From NCBI GenBank assembly GCA_045577115.1, contig JAZNHX010000216.1, positions 1-45,718 of the forward strand: DNA of 45,718 nucleotides. Direction: 5' to 3'. This document shows, piece by piece, positions 18,651 through 29,607 of the stretch. The notes under the pieces were generated by a model. That model made no database searches. It saw only the letters and a program-made list of their open reading frames with translations, and had not been told where the DNA came from. Position numbers and translations under genes: made by a program. The stretch is from Faecalimonas sp. Its GTDB lineage: Bacteria > Bacillota > Clostridia > Lachnospirales > Lachnospiraceae. Numbering within the stretch: the stretch's first letter is position 1; each line of letters starts with the position of its first letter.

Positions 18651-20842
18651 CGATGATCGCCTTTCTTCACATACTCCCTTATAGAATAATATAAATTTCC
18701 GTCTGTTTCAAGCATAATTGCTCCATTTTCTTGTGTATTATAAATCTTACAACCGGCATTCTCAAGGCGTTTCAGTAATTCTTCATGCGGATGACCATAT
18801 CGATTATCCTTGCCTGCAGAAATGAAAGTGATATCGGGTGTACATGACTCCAAGAATTCTTTTGATGTGGAGTTTCTAGAACCATGATGTGCTACTTTCA
18901 AAACATCATAATCCTTATCTTTCATTTTCTTTAAAAGCAGTTCCTCTCCTTCTCCTTCCACATCTCCGGTGCATAGCATCGAGAACGCTCTATATTGCAC
19001 CTCTAATACCATGGAACCGGCATTCCCCGTTAATTCCTTATCGTTCACACTTGGTTGCAGACATGTAATAGAGAAAGCACCTTCCTTCAAACACTCACCG
19101 GCGTGTATAACCAAAACATTCACCCCTTTTGCCAGTGCCGTTCGTGCTAAAGCAAGCAAGTCCTGATCCTGTTTATAAAGACTCGGCAACACTAAGTGTC
19201 GAATTTGAATTCCCATATCTTGTCTACCCAACATCTCCTCTATCCCACTGTAATGGTCAGAATCTCCATGTGTAATGAAAACATAGTCTAACTCACCGAT
19301 GCCCTGGGACTCTAAAAACGGTTCGATACAATATTTCCCCAAACCACTCTCATCACTACTGCCACCATCAATAAAATAGGTAGTGCCTTTCGGTCCTTGA
19401 AGATAAATTCCATCTCCCTGTCCTACATCCAACATTGTAATGCCAAGTTTTCCGTTAGGTTGATAAGTCATAAGACCAATCGCAAGAATCAACACAAGCC
19501 AAATGAAGCGGTATTTCGCACGCCTCCACTTCTTTTTCTTTGCATACGTAACCACGAACAGAATTCCTAAAAGAACTGCATAATACAGCGTCATCTTCCA
19601 TAGTGCCGGCTTTCCAAGGACAAGTCTGGACATAGGCAATTGAGTTCCCATGCGACAAATCCACTCATAGAATTCAAGAACAAACCCACATAACTTTAAG
19701 CAAAACACTCCCACAGTTGAAATCAAAAGTAACAGAATACTTCCCAATATGCCCATCCCCAATATTGGTCCAGTAAGGGGAAGCACAAACATATTAAGGA
19801 GAACTGAATACGTTGGCACTACATAGAAAAACCAAAGTGTAATCGGAAACAACATGATATGAATAGCAATGCTGGTATAGAAACCGTCTAACCATTTTCT
19901 TCGGTGCAAAAAGCAATCTTTGAGATTTGGCGCGACAAGTGCAATCCCTAAAATTGCTCCATAAGACATATAGAATCCACCATCTGTCAGATATAGTGGC
20001 TGATACATCACAGTCATTGCAGCCCCAAGCATTGCAGCAGTTAGCATATCATAAACACGACCGGTGATATCCGCACCTATCTTTAAAAGCAACATCACAT
20101 AGGCGCGTACTGCGGATACTGAAGCACCTATCATCATTACATAGAGTGTCAGTAAACCCATAGCCAAGATTCCACTTGTCAGGAATCCCAGTCCGGTTTT
20201 TCGAATAAGACGGTACACGCCCAGACCAATAAAAGAAATATGAAGTCCGGAGATGGCGAGAATATGACTGATTCCATTATTCTGATATAATTCCTTTACC
20301 TCAGAATCCATCTCGCTCTTTTCACCCAGAATCATGGCAGCCAGAATTCCACCATTCTTCTCACCCATGCACTCGACAAGACTTTTCTTCCAAGAAGTTT
20401 TCAGTTGAAACAACCACTCCATCAGGGCATGTTTTTCTCCCGAAATCTCCAGAATCTCTTCGCACCACACACATCCGAAGATATCTTGACGCGCATAATA
20501 AAGAGCTTCATCAAAGCCTCCCGGATTCCTCGGCCGTTCGAAGAGTTGCAACTTGCCACGTATTAAAATGTTTTTTCCAATGGGAACATCTGTAAATGTT
20601 TTATTACATACGAATAATCTCGTATCATTAATTGAATTGTTTTTAAGATATAATATTTGATAATTTGAATTGTTTGTTTTTTTGTATACCTGCCCTTTTA
20701 ATAAGAGCGTTTCCTCTTGTCGTTCATAAAAAATGGAGGATTGGGGAATCTCCGTAAGAGAATCCCTCCCCTTCATACTTAATATCGCACCTTGAAGAAA
20801 AATGATGAGCAGGCACACAAAGCATAATGGCCTTGTCTTCAT
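18647..20842 (-). CDS. comEC: DNA internalization competence protein ComEC/Rec2
   Basis: RNPGGFD, HILAISGLH, many TMs, metallo-beta-lactamase domain (DVGQGD, THGDSDH, TGD, KVAHHGS, YGHPH). Start ATG 20842. Confidence 0.93.
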   Translation of the reverse strand: MKTRPLCFVCLLIIFLQGAILSMKGRDSLTEIPQSSIFYERQEETLLLKGQVYKKTNNSNYQILYLKNNSINDTRLFVCNKTFTDVPIGKNILIRGKLQLFERPRNPGGFDEALYYARQDIFGCVWCEEILEISGEKHALMEWLFQLKTSWKKSLVECMGEKNGGILAAMILGEKSEMDSEVKELYQNNGISHILAISGLHISFIGLGVYRLIRKTGLGFLTSGILAMGLLTLYVMMIGASVSAVRAYVMLLLKIGADITGRVYDMLTAAMLGAAMTVMYQPLYLTDGGFYMSYGAILGIALVAPNLKDCFLHRRKWLDGFYTSIAIHIMLFPITLWFFYVVPTYSVLLNMFVLPLTGPILGMGILGSILLLLISTVGVFCLKLCGFVLEFYEWICRMGTQLPMSRLVLGKPALWKMTLYYAVLLGILFVVTYAKKKKWRRAKYRFIWLVLILAIGLMTYQPNGKLGITMLDVGQGDGIYLQGPKGTTYFIDGGSSDESGLGKYCIEPFLESQGIGELDYVFITHGDSDHYSGIEEMLGRQDMGIQIRHLVLPSLYKQDQDLLALARTALAKGVNVLVIHAGECLKEGAFSITCLQPSVNDKELTGNAGSMVLEVQYRAFSMLCTGDVEGEGEELLLKKMKDKDYDVLKVAHHGSRNSTSKEFLESCTPDITFISAGKDNRYGHPHEELLKRLENAGCKIYNTQENGAIMLETDGNLYYSIREYVKKGDHR

Positions 20843-20844
20843 CT

Positions 20845-21720
20845 CTACTCCTTTACCAAAGTTACATTCCACTCCAACGGCTTGCTCAAATCCACAATGT
20901 TTTTATACACTGCATCATTGGCACCTTCTATCAGAATCTGAACCTTCGTCACATTGGCATTTGCAATAATCGAATTGACAATTGCATAGATGGTCACCTC
21001 TGGGTTCAAATCATAGCTATCTGTAGCAAACTTGGAATCAAAGTTGACATAACACACACCATCCTTCACAGACACACCCAACAACTTTGTTGTCTTTGGA
21101 ATGATCGACTGAGTGCCTGACGAACTTGTTCCTTTCATCAGTTGTTCTACCACCAATCGCTCAATCGCCGTATTGGCATTGTAACGAATATTCGATTTTT
21201 TCGTCTCCTTGAGTTGCTTGCCGTCTTTGTCAGCAAAATATAACTTTAACTCTGTTGTCTGATAAGAATCAATAGAGGAACCCGTATTCTGCACAAAATC
21301 CTGTGCGCTCATCAGTCCAACCAAATTGCCATCATTGTCCCTAAGCGGCTCATTCGCAACATAGAACGAAACAAACTCCACATCCGACAATTGCGTCATC
21401 GTCTGAACTAGCGCTGCACGTACAAGCACCTCTGTACTCTTATTCATTTCTAAATATGCATCATTAAAATACAGCACAAGCTGCAGTCTTTCCATCTTAT
21501 ACTTCTCAATCTCTACCCCTTTCGGCAGAACATTGTGCGCTTTTATCTTTCCCATTAGTTCACCAATATCCATAGCCGGATATGTGTCCTGCACAAGTGC
21601 ATTGCCGTCTGCATTGAGAGAATACAAATACATCTCGCTATTCTGCTGTCTCTTTGCCCTACAACCAACGCAAAAGATACACAGCACAATTCCGAGAAAC
21701 AGTACAATCTTTTTCTTCAT
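20845..21720 (-). CDS. GerMN-domain lipoprotein (two GerMN repeats)
   Basis: Lipobox-like CVG-C after a short hydrophobic signal; repeats 'ALVQTMTQLSDVEFVSF' and 'AIVNSI...VTKVQIL'; LYF.D...L motif. Confidence 0.8.
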   Translation of the reverse strand: MKKKIVLFLGIVLCIFCVGCRAKRQQNSEMYLYSLNADGNALVQDTYPAMDIGELMGKIKAHNVLPKGVEIEKYKMERLQLVLYFNDAYLEMNKSTEVLVRAALVQTMTQLSDVEFVSFYVANEPLRDNDGNLVGLMSAQDFVQNTGSSIDSYQTTELKLYFADKDGKQLKETKKSNIRYNANTAIERLVVEQLMKGTSSSGTQSIIPKTTKLLGVSVKDGVCYVNFDSKFATDSYDLNPEVTIYAIVNSIIANANVTKVQILIEGANDAVYKNIVDLSKPLEWNVTLVKE

Positions 21721-21736
21721 ATATATCCTCTTTTCT

Positions 21737-23206
21737 TTACGCGATATAATTTAACGGGATTCTCACGGTAAATGTTGTGCCAACCCCTTGTTCACTGTGA
21801 ACCTTCACCGCTCCTCTGTGCATAATCACTGCATTACGAGCAATGGCAAGCCCAAGGCCTGTTCCACCGATTTCTCTCGAATGGGACTTGTCCACACGAT
21901 AAAAGCGCTCAAAAATATGATCCAAATCCTCCTGCGGAATTCCGATACCCGTATCTGAGACCTTGATATAGAAATATTTGTGGTCCGCATTAAGCGAGAC
22001 TTGAACGGACCCCTCTTCACGATTGTATTTAATGGCATTTTCCACAAGATTTGTAATCGCAAGCGTGAATTTGACCTCATCTACCTCAGCAGTAATCGGT
22101 CGGAAGCTCTCAAAAATAACTTCGACGTTCTGCTTTGTAGCAATCGGACGGAGGCGCTTCAAAATACGCTCCACGAGCTCATTGATATTTTCTGCCTTAA
22201 CGTTCAATTTCGAGGCCTTCTTGTCCATTTTCACAAGTGATAACAAATCATTGATAATCTTGTTCTCACGCTCTATCTCTTCCGCAATATCAGTCATGAA
22301 CTCCTGATATAGTTCTACCGGCACATCCTCCTGCATCAGCAGAGAATCTGCAAGCACTTTCATAGAAGTCAATGGCGTCTTGAGTTCATGAGACACATTG
22401 GAAACAAACTCCTGTCTGGAATCATCTAACACCTTCATGCGCCCAAGCATTTTGTTAAACGCATCTGAAATGTCCATCGTCTCCGTGTATGTATCTACAT
22501 GCAGATAATCCGTGTCATACCCTTCTGTCACATCTTCCATACCTTTTGCAATTCTTCCGAATGGCTTCATCATGTAATTTGCTACAAAAGAACCGACAAA
22601 GATAATCCCCAGCCACAATGCCCAGATAATCATATTTGCCTTTTGCTTCAGTTCATCCATCGTGTCGTAAATGATGTCCGTAGATACACTGACCAGAATC
22701 ACACCCTTAATGTTGGATTCTTTCCCGTGTGTCTCCACAATCGGTGTGGTAATATCCAGATACTTTGCTTCATCATCATAAAAACTGGTGCCGTTGCCGG
22801 AAAAACAGGTGATGACATCCGGTGCAATAATTGTTTTCCCCTCATCACTCCCGAACGTATCCTTAACAACTTTGTACTCCTCATCAATGACAAGCGCACG
22901 CCCATTGTAAATATTGGACAACATCGACAACTCTGCATTTACCTCTTCTGAAATCGGATAATCCAGATCGGTAACAGCCAACTGATGCGACAAAATGGTA
23001 CACTGTTCCTGTATTTCTGCAGTGCGCCATGCTACAGACTGGTCCTCATAAGCACCTACAATGACTTCTTTTACCATAAAACAAGGTATGCTGCTTACCA
23101 GAATAAGCAGCATAATAATCCTGAAACGAAGGCTCTTAAATATTTTACTTTTCTCTATTATTTTAGCCCTTAAAATAGTAACCCACTCCCCACTTTGTAT
23201 ATACAT
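21737..23206 (-). CDS. HAMP-domain sensor histidine kinase (start uncertain)
   Basis: Two TMs, HAMP, FVSNVSHELKTPL H-box, NLVENAIKY, DTGIGI, GGTGLGL. Confidence 0.9.
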   Translation of the reverse strand: MYIQSGEWVTILRAKIIEKSKIFKSLRFRIIMLLILVSSIPCFMVKEVIVGAYEDQSVAWRTAEIQEQCTILSHQLAVTDLDYPISEEVNAELSMLSNIYNGRALVIDEEYKVVKDTFGSDEGKTIIAPDVITCFSGNGTSFYDDEAKYLDITTPIVETHGKESNIKGVILVSVSTDIIYDTMDELKQKANMIIWALWLGIIFVGSFVANYMMKPFGRIAKGMEDVTEGYDTDYLHVDTYTETMDISDAFNKMLGRMKVLDDSRQEFVSNVSHELKTPLTSMKVLADSLLMQEDVPVELYQEFMTDIAEEIERENKIINDLLSLVKMDKKASKLNVKAENINELVERILKRLRPIATKQNVEVIFESFRPITAEVDEVKFTLAITNLVENAIKYNREEGSVQVSLNADHKYFYIKVSDTGIGIPQEDLDHIFERFYRVDKSHSREIGGTGLGLAIARNAVIMHRGAVKVHSEQGVGTTFTVRIPLNYIA

Positions 23207-23852
23207 ATTTTGGATTGCTCGGTGTCTTCTCAATCTTCTCACGAAGACGTCTGATATGTACATCCACCGTTCTTGCGTCTCCCGGATATTCATATCCCCA
23301 TACAAGATTGAGGAGCTTTTCTCTGCTGTAGACCTTATCCTGATTGGTTGCTAAAAGTTCCAACAAGTCAAACTCTTTTGCAGTCAGATTCACTTCCTCA
23401 CCGTCTATGAATACTCTTCGGCTTTCTCTGTCAATCTTAATGCCATTCTTCTCAATCAGACTGTTCGGAGCTTCCTCCGTATCTTTCTTTCTGCCACGAC
23501 GCATAATTGCCTTAATTCTGGCTTTTACTTCCAGAATATTAAACGGCTTGGTAATATAGTCATCTGCACCGTAATCTAAACCCAGAATCTTATCCATGTC
23601 ATCTCCCTTTGCAGTCAGCATGATAATCGGCACATCCGAAAATTCACGAATCTGCTGGCAGACTTCGAATCCATCCATCTTTGGAAGCATCACATCCAGC
23701 AAAACCAAATCATAACCATTCTCTTTGGCCATGTTAAGTGCCTCTTCACCATCGTAAGCACAATCTACTTCCAGACCGTCCTGCAACAGGCTGAAACGAA
23801 TTCCTTTCACGATTAGTTTTTCGTCATCTACAACTAATACTCGTTTTCCCAT
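23163..23852 (-). CDS. OmpR/PhoB-family response regulator
   Basis: VVDDE, LLDVMLP, LTAK, GADDYITKPF, RTVDVHIRRLREK, WGVGY. Confidence 0.95.
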   Translation of the reverse strand: MGKRVLVVDDEKLIVKGIRFSLLQDGLEVDCAYDGEEALNMAKENGYDLVLLDVMLPKMDGFEVCQQIREFSDVPIIMLTAKGDDMDKILGLDYGADDYITKPFNILEVKARIKAIMRRGRKKDTEEAPNSLIEKNGIKIDRESRRVFIDGEEVNLTAKEFDLLELLATNQDKVYSREKLLNLVWGYEYPGDARTVDVHIRRLREKIEKTPSNPKYVYTKWGVGYYFKG

Positions 23853-23869
23853 GAATAATCTCCCTTAAG

Positions 23870-24433
23870 CTATATTGTGATTAAATCTTTTATTTTTTCA
23901 AAGAGTCCCTCTTTGATTCCCGATACCTGCATAATCTCTTCAATACTCTGAAATGCGCCCTGCTGCTCACGATACTTGATAATACTATCCGCACGGGATT
24001 CACCCACACCCGGAAGTGTCATCAGTTCCTCCTTTGATGCCTTGTTAATGTTAATCCTCGCATCCTTTTCAGAATCAGACGGTATCTCTTCTCCGACAAC
24101 TGGAACATAGATACGCTGTTCATCCTCGAGGACCTCTGCCTGATTCACATTTCTCACATCAGCATCCTCACGAAAATCGCCTGCCATTGCAATTGCCTCA
24201 TAGACACGGCTTCCACTGGGAAGCTCATAGACACCCTCTCGATTCACAGCCCCGCACACATAGACAAAAATGTGCTCAGTATCTTCTGTACTTTCCTTGT
24301 TCTCATCCGTATGTTCATCGCTTTGATCAAGTTCTGCCACCTCAAGCGCAAGCGTGTCTTTCGTCTTCGTCTGACAGCCAATGAGACCTGCACACACACT
24401 AAGTATCAGAACAATCATCCATATTCTTCGCAT
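23870..24433 (-). CDS. comEA: Competence DNA receptor ComEA
   Basis: SLBB domain (VYVCGAV..EGVY) and HhH domain (ININKAS..L..LPGVG..RA..II.YR). ATG 24433 has a GGAGG RBS. Confidence 0.92.
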   Translation of the reverse strand: MRRIWMIVLILSVCAGLIGCQTKTKDTLALEVAELDQSDEHTDENKESTEDTEHIFVYVCGAVNREGVYELPSGSRVYEAIAMAGDFREDADVRNVNQAEVLEDEQRIYVPVVGEEIPSDSEKDARININKASKEELMTLPGVGESRADSIIKYREQQGAFQSIEEIMQVSGIKEGLFEKIKDLITI

Positions 24434-24536
24434 ATTTTCCTCCATCACTTCGACTTCGGATACCCCTCTATGCTAAGATATTCTTATTTTAGCGAATTTT
24501 GTGTCAAAATACAACCCATTTTTACGCTGGATGCAA

Positions 24537-24968
24537 TTACTTCCATTGAAAGATTGTTATTCCGACAGCTGCAACCACCATACCAATCAGTTTGCGCCAT
24601 TCAAACGGCTCCTTATCCATTCCGAACATACCGAACAGTTCTATGAGATATGACACCAAAAGCTGTGCCACTACGATTAACAGAGCAGACTTTGCAGGAC
24701 CCAGCATCTCAATACTTTTGATAACTGTCCAAGTAATTCCCGCTCCAATCACACCGCCGAGAAGCACATACTTTGGCTCCACCTTCGCAAGACTTGCAAT
24801 CGAATCTCTGCCTGTGATAAACCACGCCGCCACACAGACAGCAAATGCTGTAAGCTGTACCCAGCCGTTAGACACCCACATACCTGTCGTTTTCGTCACC
24901 TGCGTGTTGAACACACCCTGCACACTCATCAGTGCACCTGATAATAATGCAATAATAAATCCAATCAT
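24537..24968 (-). CDS. DMT-superfamily small membrane protein (DUF606/YdcZ-like)
   Basis: About five TMs, QGVFN, GGVIGA, QL...IELFG; GGAGG RBS before ATG 24968. Confidence 0.82.
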   Translation of the reverse strand: MIGFIIALLSGALMSVQGVFNTQVTKTTGMWVSNGWVQLTAFAVCVAAWFITGRDSIASLAKVEPKYVLLGGVIGAGITWTVIKSIEMLGPAKSALLIVVAQLLVSYLIELFGMFGMDKEPFEWRKLIGMVVAAVGITIFQWK

Positions 24969-24997
24969 GGTAACACCTCCTATCAAAACTATGATGG

Positions 24998-25027
24998 AAG
25001 TGTTTCCCAATGATTGGACTTTTATAC
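24998..25027 (-). promoter_or_regulatory. Possible forespore sigma-F/G-type promoter of DMT gene
   Basis: GTATA-15 bp-GGAAACACTT resembles the GYWTA-N15-GGNRAWAMTW consensus. Confidence 0.35.
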
Positions 25028-25029
25028 AG

Positions 25030-26217
25030 CTAGGCCTCCTCTAATGCAGTGGTGAGTTTTTTAATCATCTCATCCACCTGCGCCTCAGTAATGATAAGCG
25101 GAGGAACCATACGAAGAACATTGCCTCCCGCTGAGATGATAATCAACCCTTTCTCCATTGCTTTCTTGACTACGTTTCCTACCGGTTTTGTGAGAACCAA
25201 TCCCTGCATCAGACCTTTTCCGCGTCTTGCTTCCACGACATCGGAAGCCGCAACCAATTCATCCAGTTTATCCTCCAGATACACACTGACTTTCTGTACA
25301 TGCGCAAGAATGTTCTCTTCTTCAAATATCTGCAATACCGCATCCACGCCTGCGCAAACAAACGGATTGCCGCCGTAGGTTGTTCCATGGTCTCCCGGAA
25401 CAAGCGAGAATTCTGCCACCTTCTCTGTCATCGCAAATGCTCCTACCGGAACTCCATTGCCGATTGCCTTCGCCATCGCCATAATGTCTGGTTTTACACC
25501 ATAGCCCTGCCATGCAAACATTGTGCCACATCGTCCCATACCACACTGAATCTCATCGAAAATGAGAAGAATATCGTTCTCATCACAGAGTGCTCTGACA
25601 CCTTGAAGAAAATCTTGCTCCGCCGGATAGATGCCGCCTTCACCCTGTACCGGTTCTAATAAAATCGCACAGGTCTTGTCAGTAATCTGCGCCTTCACAC
25701 TATCCAGATTATTGAACTCTGCAAACTTCACACCGCCAATCAATGGTTCAAAAGGCGTGCGGTAGTGCTCGGTTCCCGTAACAGCAAGCGCACCCATACT
25801 TCTTCCGTGGAATGAATGATTCATGGCAATAAATTCATATTTTCCCGTGCCCTTGGTATAAGCGTATTTTCTAGCAGCCTTCAGTGCACCTTCAATGGCT
25901 TCCGTACCACTGTTTGTAAAAAACACGCGATCCATCTTAGTTGCATTCTTAAGTTTTTTCGCCGCGTTTGCAACCGGAATACTGTAGAACAAATTGGACG
26001 TATGCATTAGTTCATCAATCTGATTCTTAAGTGCTTCCTTGTATTTCGGATGACCATATCCCAGGGAGCACACAGCAATTCCCGCAGCAAAATCCAAATA
26101 TTCTTTTCCGTCAACATCATAGAGGTATGCACCATCCCCTTTTTCCAGCACAATCTGATACCGATTGTATGTATGCAACAGTGAGTCCTCTGCTATCTTA
26201 ATGTAATGATTATTCAT
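25030..26217 (-). CDS. argD: Acetylornithine aminotransferase
   Basis: [30 protein letters not shown] (PLP Lys), HGTTYGGNP. Confidence 0.93.
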   Translation of the reverse strand: MNNHYIKIAEDSLLHTYNRYQIVLEKGDGAYLYDVDGKEYLDFAAGIAVCSLGYGHPKYKEALKNQIDELMHTSNLFYSIPVANAAKKLKNATKMDRVFFTNSGTEAIEGALKAARKYAYTKGTGKYEFIAMNHSFHGRSMGALAVTGTEHYRTPFEPLIGGVKFAEFNNLDSVKAQITDKTCAILLEPVQGEGGIYPAEQDFLQGVRALCDENDILLIFDEIQCGMGRCGTMFAWQGYGVKPDIMAMAKAIGNGVPVGAFAMTEKVAEFSLVPGDHGTTYGGNPFVCAGVDAVLQIFEEENILAHVQKVSVYLEDKLDELVAASDVVEARRGKGLMQGLVLTKPVGNVVKKAMEKGLIIISAGGNVLRMVPPLIITEAQVDEMIKKLTTALEEA

Positions 26218-27106
26218 GATAATACCTACTTCCGTCGTCTTTTAGAATTGCAGTACCAATACCCTTGTTTGTAAAGATTTCAAGCAATAAACAGTGTGGG
26301 ATTCGTCCGTCTAAAATATGCACTCTGGATACACCGCTCTCAATAGCATCGATACAATTTTGAAGTTTTGGAAGCATGCCACCACCGATATAACCATCTG
26401 TAATAAGGGATTTTGCTTCTGTTACGGTAAGTTCCGAAATCAAAGTCTCAGGGTCTTTCGGATCCTTATAAACGCCTTCAATATCTGTAAGAAATGCTAA
26501 TTTCTCCGCTTCCATCGCCTGTGCAATCGCGCATGCCGCATCATCTGCATTGATGTTATAGCTGTTAAATTCATCATCCAGACCAACCGTGCAGATAACC
26601 GGAAGAAAATCCTTCTCTAATAAATCCCACAGAATCTCTGTGTTTACTTTCTTTACTTCCCCTACGAATCCGATATCTTTACCATCCGAATATTTCTTAT
26701 TTACATGGAGAAGTCCGCCGTCCTTTCCGCTGATACCGATCGCACGAACACCAAGGGATTCCACTAATTGCACCAATCCCTTATTCACTTTATTAAGTAC
26801 CATCTCAACGATTTCCATCGTCTGGGCATCTGTCACGCGAAGCCCGTTCACAAACTGCGGTGTCATACCGACACGCTCTACCATGCGGCTGATATCTTTT
26901 CCGCCACCGTGCACGATAATCGGTTTAAATCCAACTAATTTCAGAAGGGTCACATCCTGAATCACACGTTTTTTGAGTTCCTCATCCACCATAGCGCTGC
27001 CACCGTATTTTACCACAATGACTTTTCTGTTAAATCTCTGAATATATGGAAGTGCTTCAATGAGCACCTCTGCTTTGTTTAAATATTTTTCTAATTTTTT
27101 GTCCAT
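26210..27106 (-). CDS. argB: Acetylglutamate kinase
   Basis: [30 protein letters not shown]. Confidence 0.96.
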   Translation of the reverse strand: MDKKLEKYLNKAEVLIEALPYIQRFNRKVIVVKYGGSAMVDEELKKRVIQDVTLLKLVGFKPIIVHGGGKDISRMVERVGMTPQFVNGLRVTDAQTMEIVEMVLNKVNKGLVQLVESLGVRAIGISGKDGGLLHVNKKYSDGKDIGFVGEVKKVNTEILWDLLEKDFLPVICTVGLDDEFNSYNINADDAACAIAQAMEAEKLAFLTDIEGVYKDPKDPETLISELTVTEAKSLITDGYIGGGMLPKLQNCIDAIESGVSRVHILDGRIPHCLLLEIFTNKGIGTAILKDDGSRYYHE

Positions 27107-27111
27107 AATCG

Positions 27112-28335
27112 TTAGCTCCTATAATCCGCATTAATTTCAATATATCCGTGTGTCAGGTCACAGCCCCACGCAGTTGCTTTTTCGCTTCCCATCTTCACGT
27201 CAGCAGTTGCGATAACAACGGGTTGAGATAAGATTTCTGTTGCCTTTTCCTCACTGTAGTCCACTGCCACGCCGTCCTGTGCAATCTGAATCTTGCCTGC
27301 ACTGCTCTCAAAGAAGAGGTCTACCTTTTCCGGGTCAAACTGTGCTCCCGAATAGCCCATCGCGCAGATGATACGTCCCCAGTTGGCATCATGTCCTGCA
27401 ATCGCTGCTTTTGTGAGGTTCGAGCAAGCAATTGCCTTTGCAAGCATCTTTGCCTGTTCCTTTGTCTGAGCTCCCACGATATTTACTTCAAAGAGTGCGG
27501 TTGCACCCTCGCCGTCACCTGCAATCTGCTTCGCCAGATATTCATTTACTTCATGCAGTGCCTGTGCAAATACGTTGTAATCCGCAGTTCCCTCTACAAT
27601 CTCCGGATTCTCTGCCATGCCATTTGCCATCACAAGAACTGTATCGTTTGTAGAAGTGTCTCCGTCTACGGAAATCATATTGTAGGTATCGTTCACATCA
27701 TCGCTGAGTGCCTTCTGCAATGCTGACTTTGTAATCACTGCATCTGTTGTGATGAAACTTAACATCGTGCACATATTCGGGTGAATCATGCCCGAACCCT
27801 TTGCCATACCACCGATGGTAACTGCCTTACCACCGACTTCAATTGAAACAGCAATCTCCTTCTCGCAGGTATCAGTTGTCATAATCGCCTTAGCTGCCGC
27901 TGTACCTGCTTCGATGGTGTCTGATTTTGTCACCACTAATTTGTCCACACCTGCTTTAATTCTGTCTATTGGAAGTTGCTTTCCAATGACTCCCGTAGAC
28001 CCCAGTAGCACTGCGTCTGCCGGAATGCCAAGCACCTCGCTCACTTTATCTGCCGTATCCTTACAGTAACCATAGCCTTCTGCTCCCGTGCACGCATTTG
28101 CAATGCCGGAATTTACAATGACAACCTGTGCAAATGCACTTTCCTTAACCACCTTTTGGTCCCATGTGACCGGTGCCGCCTTCGCAACATTCGTTGTAAA
28201 TGTCCCCGCTACCTGACATGGATTCTTACTATAAATCATTGCCATGTCGGTACGCCCCTTATATTTAATCTCCGCCGAAATACCTGCTGCCTCGAATCCT
28301 TTTGCAGCTGTAACGCCGCCCTCTATCTTCTTCAT
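27112..28335 (-). CDS. argJ: Ornithine acetyltransferase / N-acetylglutamate synthase
   Basis: [47 protein letters not shown]. Confidence 0.96.
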   Translation of the reverse strand: MKKIEGGVTAAKGFEAAGISAEIKYKGRTDMAMIYSKNPCQVAGTFTTNVAKAAPVTWDQKVVKESAFAQVVIVNSGIANACTGAEGYGYCKDTADKVSEVLGIPADAVLLGSTGVIGKQLPIDRIKAGVDKLVVTKSDTIEAGTAAAKAIMTTDTCEKEIAVSIEVGGKAVTIGGMAKGSGMIHPNMCTMLSFITTDAVITKSALQKALSDDVNDTYNMISVDGDTSTNDTVLVMANGMAENPEIVEGTADYNVFAQALHEVNEYLAKQIAGDGEGATALFEVNIVGAQTKEQAKMLAKAIACSNLTKAAIAGHDANWGRIICAMGYSGAQFDPEKVDLFFESSAGKIQIAQDGVAVDYSEEKATEILSQPVVIATADVKMGSEKATAWGCDLTHGYIEINADYRS

Positions 28336-28379
28336 ATGAATTATCCACCTTTCTCAAAAAACACTAAAGTTTTATGTTG

Positions 28380-29420
28380 CTACGGGAACATTGGAACAAG
28401 TTCCAATCCTTCTGATTCCTTGAATCCAAACATTAAGTTCATGTTTTGAATTGCCTGACCGGCTGCACCTTTTACTAAGTTGTCAATTGCGCCCATCATA
28501 ATCACGCGGTTCGTTCTCTTGTCGATAACAAAGTTGACATCCACATAGTTGCTGCCTTCCACCCATTTTGTCTGTGGCATCATGCCTTTTTCGAGAACAC
28601 GAACGAATTTCTCTTCTTTATAATATTTATCATAAGCCGCTTTTACCATTTCTTCAGTAACACCTTCTTTGAGATTCGCATAGGCAGTTGCCAGGATTCC
28701 TCGATTCATCGGCACTAGATGTGGCGTGAAGTTCAGTAACACATGTTCTCCTGATGCATATCCAAGCTGCTCCTCAATCTCGGGTGTATGTCGGTGAGAT
28801 GCCACGCCATAAGCCTTCATATTCTCATTGACCTCACAGAAAAGATTATCCATCTTGGCACCTCTTCCCGCTCCCGATGTTCCGGACTTCGCATCTATGA
28901 TAATGCTGTTCATATCAATCAGTCCTTCTTTTGCCAACGGATATATCGTTAATATCGAACAAGTTGTGTAGCATCCCGGATTTGCAACCAATCTCGCCTT
29001 CTTCACATCCTCGCGATTCACTTCGCATAATCCATATACCGCTTCCTCGATAAATTGCGGACTCTTGTGTTCAATCTTATACCATTGTTCATAAGTAGCT
29101 ACATCCTTGATACGGTAGTCTGCACTAAGGTCAACGATTTTCACTTTAGAAAGAATTTCTTCATTTAATATAGAAGCAAGATAACCTTGCGGCGTTGCCG
29201 TAAATATCACATCCACCTGGTTTGCCAATTCTTCTAGATTATCGTCTAAGCAAACATCTTCCACTATTTCAAACATATTTTGATACACTTCATAATATTT
29301 CTTATCTATATAACTTCGTGAACCATACCACTTAATCTCAACTTCCTTATGTCCCAATAGAATTCTCACTAACTCCTGCCCCGCATAACCGGTAGCACCA
29401 ATAATACCTGCTTTTACCAT
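28380..29420 (-). CDS. argC: N-acetyl-gamma-glutamyl-phosphate reductase
   Basis: GATGYAG, DLSADYR, ANPGCY, SGAGR, HRHTPEI, DNLVKGAAGQA. Start ATG 29420. Confidence 0.96.
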   Translation of the reverse strand: MVKAGIIGATGYAGQELVRILLGHKEVEIKWYGSRSYIDKKYYEVYQNMFEIVEDVCLDDNLEELANQVDVIFTATPQGYLASILNEEILSKVKIVDLSADYRIKDVATYEQWYKIEHKSPQFIEEAVYGLCEVNREDVKKARLVANPGCYTTCSILTIYPLAKEGLIDMNSIIIDAKSGTSGAGRGAKMDNLFCEVNENMKAYGVASHRHTPEIEEQLGYASGEHVLLNFTPHLVPMNRGILATAYANLKEGVTEEMVKAAYDKYYKEEKFVRVLEKGMMPQTKWVEGSNYVDVNFVIDKRTNRVIMMGAIDNLVKGAAGQAIQNMNLMFGFKESEGLELVPMFP

Positions 29421-29445
29421 GTTTTTTGCCTCCCTTATTTGCCTT

Positions 29446-29547
29446 TTCGCATAATTATACGGTGTGTTTGAATAAATTTCAACACAAAAATTATATTTTT
29501 TAAAATTTATTGCATATTTTTTCATTTTAGGGTTGATTTTATACAGA
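29446..29547. promoter_or_regulatory. Two tandem pairs of ArgR (ARG-box) operators
   Basis: 14-bp cores CGCATAATTATACG (29448) with TGAATAAATTTCAA (29469), and TGCATATTTTTTCA (29511) with GTTGATTTTATACA (29532). Each pair is 21 bp apart. The second pair overlaps TTGATT-17 bp-TATAGT (29533-29561). Confidence 0.7.
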
Positions 29548-29607
29548 TTTGGTAGTATAGTATGCGTGTTGACATTTGAAAGATAAATTTTTAGGAGGAT
29601 ATATATT

